A model generated the notes under the pieces. The model had not been told where the DNA came from. It saw nothing but the letters and a program-made list of their open reading frames with translations, and made no database searches. Both the position numbers and the translations under genes were made by a program. A stretch of 64,000 bases of DNA from Camelus dromedarius (Eukaryota): positions 121,460,001 to 121,524,000 of the forward strand of contig NC_087436.1 of the NCBI RefSeq assembly GCF_036321535.1. The letters are read 5' to 3'. Numbering within the stretch: the stretch's first letter is position 1; the number at the start of each line of letters is the position of its first letter. Below are positions 1 through 10,520 of the stretch, piece after piece.

Positions 1-245
1 AAAAAATGTCCAGAACAGGCAAATCCAGAGACAGAAACAGATCAGCGGTTGCCGGGGGCTGGGAAAGGGAAAACGGGGCGTGACCGCTAATCGGGAGGAG
101 GCTTCTTTTCCAGGGGGGTGAAATGCTCCAGAAATTAGACAGTAGTGATGCTTACAGAACCTTGTGAATATACTGAGAATCACCAAATTGTACATTTTGA
201 AATGATGAATTTTATGATACAAAAATCACAATCTCGATTTTTTAA
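1..245 (+). mobile_element. L1 (L1MB-like) 3' UTR fragment
   Basis: Characteristic tccagaacaggcaaatcc...gagacagaaa...gtgaatatactg...aattgtacatttt. Confidence 0.7.
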
Positions 246-456
246 AAAATCTGTCTGCAAATCCTGACAGCTCTTCTTCCCAGGAGGAAGGAACCTGACC
301 ACTTCTTGCCACCTCACTGCCGATATGAGTCTGGGCACAAGCTGCCAGCACCTCCAGCTTTGATCATTTCAGGAGCCTCCCCACTGATTTGATTACTTCA
401 AATCAGCTTTATTTTCACAGCCTCTTTCCCTCCTGCTCCCCGTCCACCAGGGTGGC

Positions 457-1295
457 CTTTTTTGTTAACTGAAATCTTTATTGAGTTAATTGTAGATTTA
501 CATGCAGTTATAAGAAATGAAAGAAATCCAGTGTACACTTTACCCAGTTTCCCCCCATGGTAACATTCTGCAAAACTAGTAAAATGTCACAGGCAGAACA
601 CTGACACTGACACAATCCACTGATCTTTAGACTTTCAGTTTTACTTTTACTCACTTGTGTGGATGTGTGTATTTTGTTCTACACAATTTTATCAGATGTG
701 TAAGTTTCTGAATCCACCACCACGGTCAAGATAAGGAACACTGCCATCACGCCGCGGACCCCCTGAGCTGCTCTCAGAACCACACCCACCTCCCTCCCAA
801 CTCCCTCCACTCCTTCCCCCAACCCAGCACCCTAGCAGCCACTCATCTATTCTCCACTCCTAAAACTGTGTCATTTCAAAAATATTACATAAACAGAACC
901 ATCCAGTATGTAACCTTCTGGGATTGGCGGTTTTCACTAGCATAAGTTCCTCAAGATTCATCTAAGCTGTTGCACACACTATCTGGATTCTGTTCCTTTT
1001 TATTGCTGAGTAGCTTAACCATTCACCTGCTGAAGGACATTTAAGCTGCTTCTATCTGGGGCTGTTATGAATAAAGCTGCTGCATACACCGTGTATAGGT
1101 TTTCTTGTTAACATAAGTTTCTCTTTCTCTGGGATGAATACCCAGGAGTGCACGTGCCAGGTCAGAGTAATTGTACGTTCAGTTCAGAAGAAACTGCAAC
1201 TGTTTTCCAGAGTAGCTGTCCATTTTATAGTCCTTTTTATAACCAGCAATGATTAAGTGACCCAGTTTCACCTGCACCAGCACTTGGTGTTGGCA
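457..1295 (-). mobile_element. L1 (L1MC-like) 3' fragment
   Basis: Antisense L1 3' end motifs such as tacccagtttccccc...ggtaacat and ttcctttttattgctgagtag. Confidence 0.7.
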
Positions 1296-1937
1296 AAGTA
1301 ATCTTTTAGGATCCTAAGTCACACCACTTGTTTTACTACACAAGCATGCATCTGCTCATTGAAAAATCCAAAGCCCTTATACTGGGGTCCAAGGCCCCGC
1401 ACGGTTGCCTCCACCTCCTACTTCGGCCCTTCATTCCGCTTCAGCCCCTGGCCTCCACACCACTCCTGCAGTTGGAAGGCACTCCTCCTTGCTCCCTCCG
1501 CCTGGATCCCTCCTCCTCCAGACACGCACTCTGCTTGCTCCCTCCCTCTGCTCCAGGGTCACCCCCTAAGTAAACCACACAGCCCCTCCCCCCTTCATTC
1601 AGCTCTGCTTTCCTCCACAGCACACAGCACCCCGGCCTTGCTGGCTGCTGTAACCCCGAGGCCCAGAACAGGCCTGGGCACACCGGCTGAAGGGGATGCT
1701 ACTGGTCTTCTAGTCCAGCCCCACGTGTATCCCCACTCCCAGTAGCTGGAGCTCTCAGCGCCCACCGCAGCTAGCTTGTCAGGGTTACAACCAACTGTAC
1801 AGCCACACAAAGGCTCTGGGACCCTCGGACAGAGAAATGACACTGCCTCAGCTCCTCCTGGACATATGTAAGCAACCTGCATCCTCCCTCCCACGTGCTG
1901 GCAGCATTATGAACAACAACAAAGGCCTGATCGTCTA

Positions 1938-2104
1938 CAGTGGAGCTTCCCAAGCCTTGGTGTGCACATAAATTGCTCACAAATCTTGTTAAAATGCAGG
2001 CTCTGATTCAGTAGGTCTAAGGTCCGGCAGTGATTCTGTACTTCTAATAAGCTCGCAAGTGACAGTAAATTGCTGGCCCTGAGACCACACTCTGAGCAGC
2101 AAGG
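1938..2104. mobile_element. MER5A-like hAT-Charlie DNA transposon remnant
   Basis: cttgttaaaatgcaggctctgattcagtaggtct...gaccacactctgagcagcaagg. Confidence 0.7.
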
Positions 2105-2760
2105 ATCTACAACATATCTTGTCTCTAATTCATATTGTCTCTGGCACCCGAGCTGGTTCCACTTAACACAGTGCTAGATAGTATCTTATACTGGGTTTTA
2201 TTTTTCCTTCCTGTTGTCTGAATTAGACTAAATGTCTTGAGTCCATTCCAAGGTAGCTTACCCCATGCTTGGCTCACTTGCAGGGACCAAAGGTAACGGG
2301 GCAGGGCCTCTTAAGGTGGAGAGAAACTATCAACAGCCCGTGTGAAAGCCAGGACAGTGCGAGACCTCTGCCTGCACATCTCCGTAAGTCCCCTTTTAAA
2401 GAGAAACGACAATACTACAGAGCACTTGAAAAGAATTATGTGTACCGCTGTGTCTTTGATATACTGCTAAGTGAAAAAATATGATCTCGGTCATGCAAAC
2501 AAAAAAAAAAGGATACATTTAAAAGCTGGCATATGCATTAAAAAATCAGAGAAGACAAAAGAAGCTTAACAGTTGTAATTTTTAGAAAATGAGACTAGGA
2601 CAGCCTGGGAGGAAGGCTTTGTTTTTGTATCTTCTGTACTATGTGAAGATGTTGTTATGAGGTACATGCGTAACTTTCATAATTTTTTAAACTAGTTAAT
2701 AAAAGGCAAGCAACTAAAAAAGAAATCCTTCACAAAAGCGGTCCTACAGTATCCAATCCA

Positions 2761-3061
2761 GCAGTGGGCAAACCAGGCCCGCCTGTTTTGACCAGTCTAA
2801 GAAATGTTTTTACATTTTTTAATGGTTGACCAAAAAAAAAAAATTAAAGAATATTTTATGACATGTGAAAATTGTATGCAATTCAAATTTCAGTGTCATT
2901 CATAGAACTGTACTGGAACGGAGGCACCTTCACTCATTTACATAGTGCTCCTGGCTGCTTTTTGCCTACAATGGCAGAGTTGAGCAGCTGCTGTAGCGAC
3001 AGTTGTCCTTCAAAGTCCGAGACATTTACCACCTGACCATCTACATAAAAGAGTTGGCCAA
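2761..3061. mobile_element. MER58-like hAT-Charlie remnant
   Basis: tgacatgtgaaaattgtatg...ggctgctttt...acaatggcagagttgag. Confidence 0.7.
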
Positions 3062-3064
3062 CAT

Positions 3065-3790
3065 TCACGGGTCAGAAGACTTAATGTGAAGATGCCAGTA
3101 CTCCCCAAAATGATCTGCACGTTCAGTGTGACCTGTCAAGAGAATCCCAGCTGGCTTCTCTGTAGTAACCAACAATATGATCTTACAATTCATATGGAGA
3201 TGCAAGGGGTCCAGAACAGCCAACACCATCCCGAAAAAGAATAAAGTTGGAGGACTCACAGTTCATGATTTGAAATTGTGACACAAAACGACAGTAGTCA
3301 AGACTGTAGAGGACTGGTAGACCCATGGGATAGAATTAAGAGTCCAGAGGTAAAACCATACACTTTACGGACTGTTAATTTTCAACAAAGCTGCTAAGAC
3401 AATTCAATGGGGAAAGAACAGTCTTTGCAACTAGCGGCGCTAAAACAATTGGATAATCCACATGCAAAAGAATGAAGTCGGACCCTTACCTAACACCATA
3501 AGATAAAAATTAACTCAAAATGGATCAAAGCCCTAAAGAGCTAAAACTATGAAGTTCTTAGAAGAAAACATAGGAGTAACAAATCTCTGTGACCTTGAAT
3601 TAGGCACAATTTCTTAGATAACACCTAAAGCACAACAAACAGAGACAAAAGAGAAAACTGGATTTCATCAAAATTAAAAACCTCTGTGCTTCAAAGGACA
3701 CCACCGAAAAATGAGGAGGGAAAAGGAAAAAAGGGAAAGAAGAGGTAGCCCACAGAGAGGGAGTATCTGTTCACAAACCGTGTGTCTGAG
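3065..3790 (+). mobile_element. L1 ORF2 3' remnant (decayed)
   Basis: aagttggaggactcaca...aagacaattcaatggggaaag...aaaattaactcaaaatggatcaaag; many stops. Confidence 0.8.
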
Positions 3791-4139
3791 AAGGGCCAGC
3801 ACCTAGGTCAGGAAGGGGAGTCACAGTCCAACAGCAAACAGACAAGTAACGCAAACGGGAAAGGACGAGGACACTTACACATCAAGCAAAAGAAAGAGGG
3901 CGGGGCCCTAGTCACTGCTGGGCTTCCTCAGACACTAATTCCGCCCTGGAATACACTCTGGCCTGTTTACGTCACCGCAGCACTTTTCTGTTATCTGCAG
4001 CAGAATAGAACCCTAACTGGTAACACCAACAATGGAGACATTACGTTATTATACTTAGCAGACAGAGGTGAACAAGCCCTACTGGTCCCACCTTCAAAAT
4101 TCAGTTACTTCTGCCACCGTGCCACCACCATGCCACCAC

Positions 4140-4790
4140 CAGCGTCCTGACACAATCCACCCTCACCTCTTACCCAGTGGCGTTGGTAGGTTCCCAACTG
4201 GCTTCCGGCTCCTGCTCGAGATTCCCTGCAGTCTGTTCTCAGCCAGTGTTCATCTGAAAAGGCAACTCAGGTCCTGCCACTCCTCTGACCAGACTCCAAC
4301 GACTTCCCGCCTCACACAGAATAAATGCCAACATCTCTATCCACCCTGAGCCAAGGGCCTCCTGATCTCGCCTCCTCCTAGGTCTCCCTGTCCCTAACTC
4401 AACTGGCCAAACTGACCTCCTGGCTAGTCCTCAAACAGGGGGGCTTGACCTGTTCCCCTGCCTGGGACTCCCCTCCTCCATACGCCTTTACAGCCACCCT
4501 GACTCTCTGCTGGCAGGTACTCAAAAGCCACCATCTCAGTGCACCTGCCCTGGGCCTTCCTTATCCAAAACGCCAGCAGCTTATTAACCCTAACATTCCC
4601 TAGTCCCCGTCCCTGCTTTGCAGTTCCTCCTCCATTTGTCACTGTCTAACACACCGTATATTTACTTATCCACCCTGTTTATGGTCCACGTTCCTCAGTA
4701 AAACATCATTTCATAGCCCTGCATCTATTAGGATAGGGGCTGGCACACACATTAGATGTTCAGCAAATATTTACTGATGAATAAATAAAG
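4140..4790 (+). mobile_element. L2 3' remnant
   Basis: Pyrimidine-rich L2-like body ending tcagcaaatatttactgatgaataaat. Confidence 0.6.
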
Positions 4791-7178
4791 CCAGGGAAAA
4801 ACTAGGTGGGAGTCTGAAGGAGAAAGAGAAAGTGCTCAATGCCAATGTCACCTGCCTCACAATTACAGTTAGGACCCTCCCAAGCTCTGGCACCCCCTGC
4901 ACGCCAGCCTGGCTGAGACTGCAGCCACTCCCACCCAAAACCCCTGCCTGCCACATGCTGAGCAGAGAGTGGTACTCAGATCCTTCAACTGAAGTTCACG
5001 CGTGGCTGGTGACACTACAGTTCCACAGAGAGCAAGGGCCATAAAAACAGAACAGTTGCTTTTAACTGCTTTTGGCCAATCTTACTGTGAGGGATGGATT
5101 TTTCAGCTGAAGCATCTGAACAGAAATGCCAAGATCCAAATGTGTAACCACTGAGTTTGTTACTCAAAATTAACGAATATCTGCTTTTTCAACAGCAAAG
5201 TACATAAAAATATGATATTTATGCACTTTATTTAAAATAACTATAATTAAGCCCAAAGCAGTTGATTTCAGAGCATGCTAAGAAAACTTCAAAGTTATTA
5301 TTCTGAAGTACTTTTGTTTTTAAAAAATTTAATATCTATCTTCATGTATACACAGGTTGTATCTGGTAGGGTGCATGAGGAGGAAGTGTCACAGTGCTTG
5401 CCTCTGGGAATGGAGGTAGGTACTCAAGAGCAGGGAGTGGGACGGAGACAATTTAATCACCTCTTCGTAAGTTTGGAATTTGTATCAAGCTAATGTATTA
5501 TTTGTGCAAAAATAATAATTTAGATTTCAAAAGCAAGTCAATCATACATTTCCTTCAAATAAAGTAATGAAACAAAATCTATCTACTTTGTCAAGCCGGC
5601 TTTAGAAGGAACCCTCTTTATATCCATATTTTGAAGAGGATAAGCAAATTCAGTTTCTGTCAAATCAGCATAAGAAAGAGCAGACACGTTTTTAGACTGA
5701 CCAGGTGTCTGAACAAGCAGACAGGGACAGCAGTAAGCCCTTCCCTCCTGCTCAGAGCCCTGCACAGCGCTTCCCACGTTTACACAAGATCCACACAATA
5801 TGTGACCTTCCGTGACCTCTACCTCCTGAAGAAGCACTACCCGGTAAGTCTGGAATGGGTTATTTAAAAATACACATTTTTCTCTAAGTATCCAGATTTT
5901 TCACCTTTTAGAAGACAAAACTTCTAAATTTTGTTCCAACAGATAAGACATCACTCCCCAAATACTCATTTTCTAATTAAACTCTCAGGACACAGCAAGG
6001 ATCATATCAGAAACAGAGAGAAGAAAACATGACTAAAAGTGACTCAGTCTTAACAGAGTGAGCTTCTTAAAGGGACTGCGCCTTGAAAACTGTCCTCACT
6101 AAATGCCGTGCTGGACAAATGCAGATCAGAACTAAAAAGCCCGAGGCCAGAAAGGCCGAACTGCAGCAGCACACCCTAAACTCTGCTGAACACTCAGCAC
6201 ACAAGACTTCAGGGGAAAGTCCTGGGGCCTGTTAGGAGGTGCTACTAATGGTCTCTCTTTTCCTGTTTCAAAAATTTTCCCTGGCACAAACAACAGAGAC
6301 CCCTAGCTTCCAAACAGTACCGGGACGCGAGCAACAGGAGCCGTCTCCGGGGTCCGCAGACACCCGTGTTCTGGCAAGCCGGACTACAACACTCGTGCAA
6401 CGCACAGCATTCGCCCCCGGCAATTAACCTCTCCCTCGGCAATACGTCATTTTATTTCCAACTGCAGACAGGTAATAAACTCCAGTCAACTCTTTCTAAT
6501 AGTTAAGGCAATTTTATTATTTCTCTCTTGTGAATAATAACCCTCTAAATGGTTCACTACTAACTTGGCAACCACAACTCATTCAAGTGCCTGCAAGACC
6601 AACTTGAACTGGGACAGGCGGGTCTCTTCCTGACGCTTTAATTCCTGTAGCCACCACTGCGATTCCCGAGCTGAAGGAAGTGCCTTGAGACTGGGCACAC
6701 AGCCCCGAGTCAGAGGCGGTTTAAAGGGGCCCTCGGTGCAAGACTGTCCATTGGCCCGCGTCCCCGCGCGCCCCCGCCTCCCAGCCCCGACGTCCCGAGG
6801 CATGATGTCATCACTCCCCGCATCGCCGCGGCTCCATTCCGGGCTCCCGCGCAGGTCCCGCGCCCCCAGCCCTCCTCCCTCCCGGACAAGGAGGAGGGGG
6901 ACGGGGAGGGGCCCAGAGGAAGCCAAACGGGACGCGGCCTCGGCTCTGCCGAGTCCTGCTCACAACACAGCCGCGTTCCTTCCCTAACTTCGCAGCCGAG
7001 AAAGCACAGGCCTGGGGCCCGGACAGCCTCGGTGCCTTCGGGGGAGGCCGAGGGAGGGACGGGGACCCGCGCAGGGCCGGGGAGGGGCTCGGGGACCGCG
7101 GGCGGCCCTGTCGCCGCGCGGTCGGGGTCCGCAGGGACGCGGTCGCCGGGTGGGGACCGGCAGCGGGCCAGCACTCAC

Positions 7179-7333
7179 GGTCGGTGCAGCGGCTCCTCGG
7201 CCACGGCCGGGCCGGGCGGCGGCGGCGGGGGCGGCGGCTGCGGCTGAGGCGGCGGCTGCGCCGGCGGTGCTGGCTGAGGGGGCTGAGGCGGCGGCGGCGG
7301 CTGTGGCTGCGGCTGCGGCTGCGGCGGCTGCAG

Positions 7334-7372
<39 letters not shown>

Positions 7373-7423
7373 GAAGGACTTGAGGGACTCGAAGGCCTTC
7401 ATCAGCTTTTCCAGGGTCGCCAT
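7179..7423 (-). CDS. HTT: Huntingtin, coding exon 1 (N17, polyQ, proline-rich domain)
   Basis: Translates to [18 protein letters not shown]13[16 protein letters not shown]...[11 protein letters not shown](P). Kozak context is GCCGCCATGG. The exon ends CC|GTGAGT (donor GT at 7178-7177), phase 2 as in human. Exon 2 lies outside the window. Confidence 0.99.
7334..7372 (-). repeat. HTT: HTT polyglutamine triplet repeat CAA(CAG)10CAACAG
   Basis: Read directly: 13 Gln codons, followed by CTG CAG CCG CCG. Confidence 0.97.
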
Positions 7424-7483
7424 GGCGGCCTCCCGCCCCTCGGGGACAGCCCCCGGAGTCGCCTGGCCGGCTGGCGGCTCCGC

Positions 7484-7549
7484 TCAGCAGCGCCGCAATG
7501 AATGGAGGTCTGGGCCGCAGGCTGGAGCGGAACCCAGGCACACGGCCAT
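7484..7549 (-). CDS. HTT 5'UTR upstream ORF, 21 aa (MAVCLGSAPACGPDLHSLRRC)
   Basis: ATG is in strong context CCAAGATGG and the TGA is at 7486-7484. Position and length match the known 21-aa human HTT uORF (recalled as MDGRSGSAFTCGPEPHSLPRC). Confidence 0.85.
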   Translation of the reverse strand: MAVCLGSAPACGPDLHSLRRC

Positions 7550-8827
7550 CTTGGGCCCGTCCCGGCAGCCCCCGCGGCCCTGCGTCCCGCGACGCTCCGC
7601 CGGCGGGACGCGGGGCCGGGCCGCGAGATTGACAGCCAGAGGCAGCGGCCTCCGCCAATGGCCAGCCGAGGCGCCGTCCGGCTCACCACCCCTCCGCCCC
7701 CGCGCCCGCCCCCTGGGCTTCTGGAGCCGCCGGGGCTGCTGGAACCACCGCGCCCCTCCCGGCGAGGGCGTACGACGCGGGGGTGGGGAGAGAGGGCGGT
7801 GTGGGGGCGTGGCACGGCGAAGAGGGCGGGGCGACTTGGGCTTGAGGGTCTGGCGGGCCCCGGAAGCACCTCTCGGCGCGGGGCGCCCTCGGCTGACGCC
7901 TAGCTGATGGCAGGGAGGACGGCCCTGGGCTAGGAGCCCAAGACCCCCGCGAGGCGCTTGCCCACCCCCGACGCGGGCGGAGGGCGGGCTCACCGGACAA
8001 CCCGCCGGGGAGGGAGGGGGAAGTGAGTTCGCCCCGCGCGGAGCCGGAGGACCCTCAGGGCGGAAGCCCAGGTGCGGAGAGGAGAGGGGCCCTGGGGGGC
8101 GAGTCTACTGCCGGACGAGGAGCGGAGGGGATTGGGGGAGGCCCTGGGGAAGGCGCCGGCGGTGAGAAGTTGCGTGGTCAGTGCCTGCTCCCGGGGAGGC
8201 TGGGCTGGTGCAGCGAGAAGCGGCTTTGACCTCGGAGACGCCCCCCCTCCCCAGGAATGACTAGCCGGCCCAAGGTTGTCCCCTCTAGGGGTGGTCCCGG
8301 GCTCCAGAGCCTCAGCACCTGCAGGGGAGGTAGTTGGTGGTGAGCGGCAGAGGAGCAGCTGCACCTCCTGCCGGGCAGGGAGTTGGTGGCCCTCTGAGAA
8401 GAGAAACATGCAGTATGTACCATCCAGAGCCCACTCAAGGCAGCGCCCCATTCTGGGCCACAAGCTACATCAGCTAATTTCAGAGCCTGTTGTCCCAAAG
8501 CAGACAAGTAAACGGAAGGAAGCATCAGCACAGGAAGCCTTGTCCCCAAGGGGACAGCAGTAGGTTCCCCCTTCAGAGGGAGGACCTCAGAGAAACATGC
8601 TGTCAGCCTTGAGGTCCCGGTTCCCTGATGTCAGCAGAGGCCCTTGTCCACAGGCCAGGCCACAGGCCAGCCCTCATGTGGGACAGGCCACAAGGGCCCA
8701 GCTCCAGGCTGCAGGTACTGGAGTAGTAGTAGACTCCAGTACCTGATAAGTCAGTAGACTTCCCAGATGGCCCGTGACCCCCTCCTGCTGTTCACCACCT
8801 GTATGGTCTCCTCCCCTTGAGTGTGGA

Positions 8828-9291
8828 TGTCACTGGTGGAAGTAAAATTTATCTTTTAAAGCAGGACACGGAAATGTAAACATAAAACTTTCTGTCATTT
8901 GGGTCTCCTCCATCCCTCCCTAATGAGGCGTCACGTTGCGTGGGAGTACCCGCTCCACCAGAAGGGTCAACTTCTTTTCCTTCTTCTGCCGCTGGTGATG
9001 TGACTTCCTGAAAGGTTGTCATTCTGTCCCAAGTCTGTAGGGGGTCGTAATGACCGACTTCTCTCTTTGCACATGTATCTTTGGTGAACTTTATGTAAAA
9101 TGTCAGTATGTCATTTTTATGTACGATCCTTTGTCTCAAAAATGTTTGTGATTGTGCCTTGGACTTCTAACAGGTGGAACAGTTTTCAGAGCTTCTGAGA
9201 GCCTGTCTCTGGGGTTATAATCCTCAGTTTGGCTTGAATAAAATTCTCTTTTTGCTTCTTAACTTGATTGTTAATTGAATTTTCATTGACA
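8828..9291 (+). mobile_element. Solo ERV LTR nested in an older MLT1 element
   Basis: TG...CA termini with a 7/8 inverted repeat (TGTCACTG / CATTGACA), TATAA at 9216-9220 and AATAAA at 9237-9242. MLT1-like sequence flanks both sides. No clear TSD. Confidence 0.6.
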
Positions 9292-9329
9292 CTCCTAAGC
9301 ATTTGAGTAGACAAAGGTGGCACCCTGGG

Positions 9330-10520
9330 ACTAAGTTAGAAGAGACTGGGCCTTCTGTCCTGCTGGCTTTCTGCACCCGCTTGCTTTGCATGCTTCTTTG
9401 AAGCTGGCGGCCCTGTTGGAGAGGCCCACGTGGCTGACAGTCAGTGAGAAACAGAGACTTTCAGGCCAACAGCCCTGGGAGAACTGAAACCCACCAATAT
9501 CACATGAGCTTGACACCCTCCCAGTGGAGCTTCAGGGGAGAGGCAGCTGGTACTTGAACGCAGGCTTTCGAGAGACCAGGAAGTGAAGGACCTGATTAAG
9601 CTGTGCCAGATCCCTGATCCCCAACAACTGTGAGATCCCGTGGGTGGTTAGGCTGTGACGCGATTGGTTACACAGCAACGGGTAAGTGTGTCAGTTCGCC
9701 GGGGCCACCGTAACCAAGTGTCGCAGACTGCGAGGCTCAGACAGCAGGGACTTACCTTCTCGCAGTCCTGGAGACTGGAAGTCCGAGAGCAAGGTGTGGA
9801 CAGACTGGTTCCCTCTGAGGCCTCACTCCTTGGCTTCTAGAAGGCCATCTTCTCCTGTGTCCTCATATGGTCTTCTGTGGATGTCTGTGTCCTAATTATC
9901 TTCTAAGGTCATATTGGATTAGGGCCCACCCTCCTGACCTCATTTTATCTTAATTACATCATTAAAGACCCTCTCTCCAAATACAGTCATGTTCCGAGGT
10001 GCTAGGGGTTAGGACTCAACATACGAATTTTCAGGGGACACAACTCCGCCCATGACATTAAGTAGTACAGTTGTCTCCTAATAGCCACTCTGACGTTGTC
10101 CAATAATGGGACCTCAGCTTTTATCTGCACACTTTTCCACTTGGTTAAAATACTGCATTTCCCTCCTTCCTTTTAGCTGGCTGTAACCATGTGACTAAAT
10201 AAGTCCTGGCTGACGAGATGTAAGCAGAAGTGATGTGTGTTAGTTGTACAAAGTCTCCTTAAAGGGAAGGACTATACCTGTCTCCCTGCTGCCTGGAATG
10301 GGGATATACTGGCTGGCACTTGGGCAGTCATTTTGGATCATGAGGATGAAAGCCACGCCCCAGGATGATGGGGCTGCCGTTCTCACCTGGCCAGCCCACC
10401 TCTGGTCTTCTCACAGATGAAAATCTATGAGAGAGAAGTATAATTCCATTTTGTTTGAGCCACTTTTACTTTGGATTATTCTGCTTACATGCTCCTCAAC
10501 CAAACTCTAACCAGTTCAGA
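9330..10520. mobile_element. Cluster of MaLR LTRs (MLT1F-like 9330-9685, MLT1A/B-like 9686-10058, MLT1J/K-like 10130-10520)
   Basis: Typical MLT1 motifs: gagaggcccacgtggc; gattagggcccaccctcctgacctcattt; ccatgtgactaa...gtaagcagaagtgatgtgtg. Confidence 0.65.

Larger units (their letters stand above)
6720..8240. promoter_or_regulatory. CpG island covering HTT promoter, exon 1 and 5' intron 1
   Basis: Very high GC and CpG density by inspection, with no TATA box. Elements: GC boxes (7824-7832, 7693-7712), CCAAT (7655-7659), YY1-like GGCCATCTTG (7544-7553). GCTGCCGGGACGGG near 7569 resembles the human mRNA 5' end. Confidence 0.9.

Noticed and set aside
7380..8563. Many overlapping 100-175 aa ORFs in the HTT promoter
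   Set aside because: By-product of stop-codon scarcity in the CpG island.
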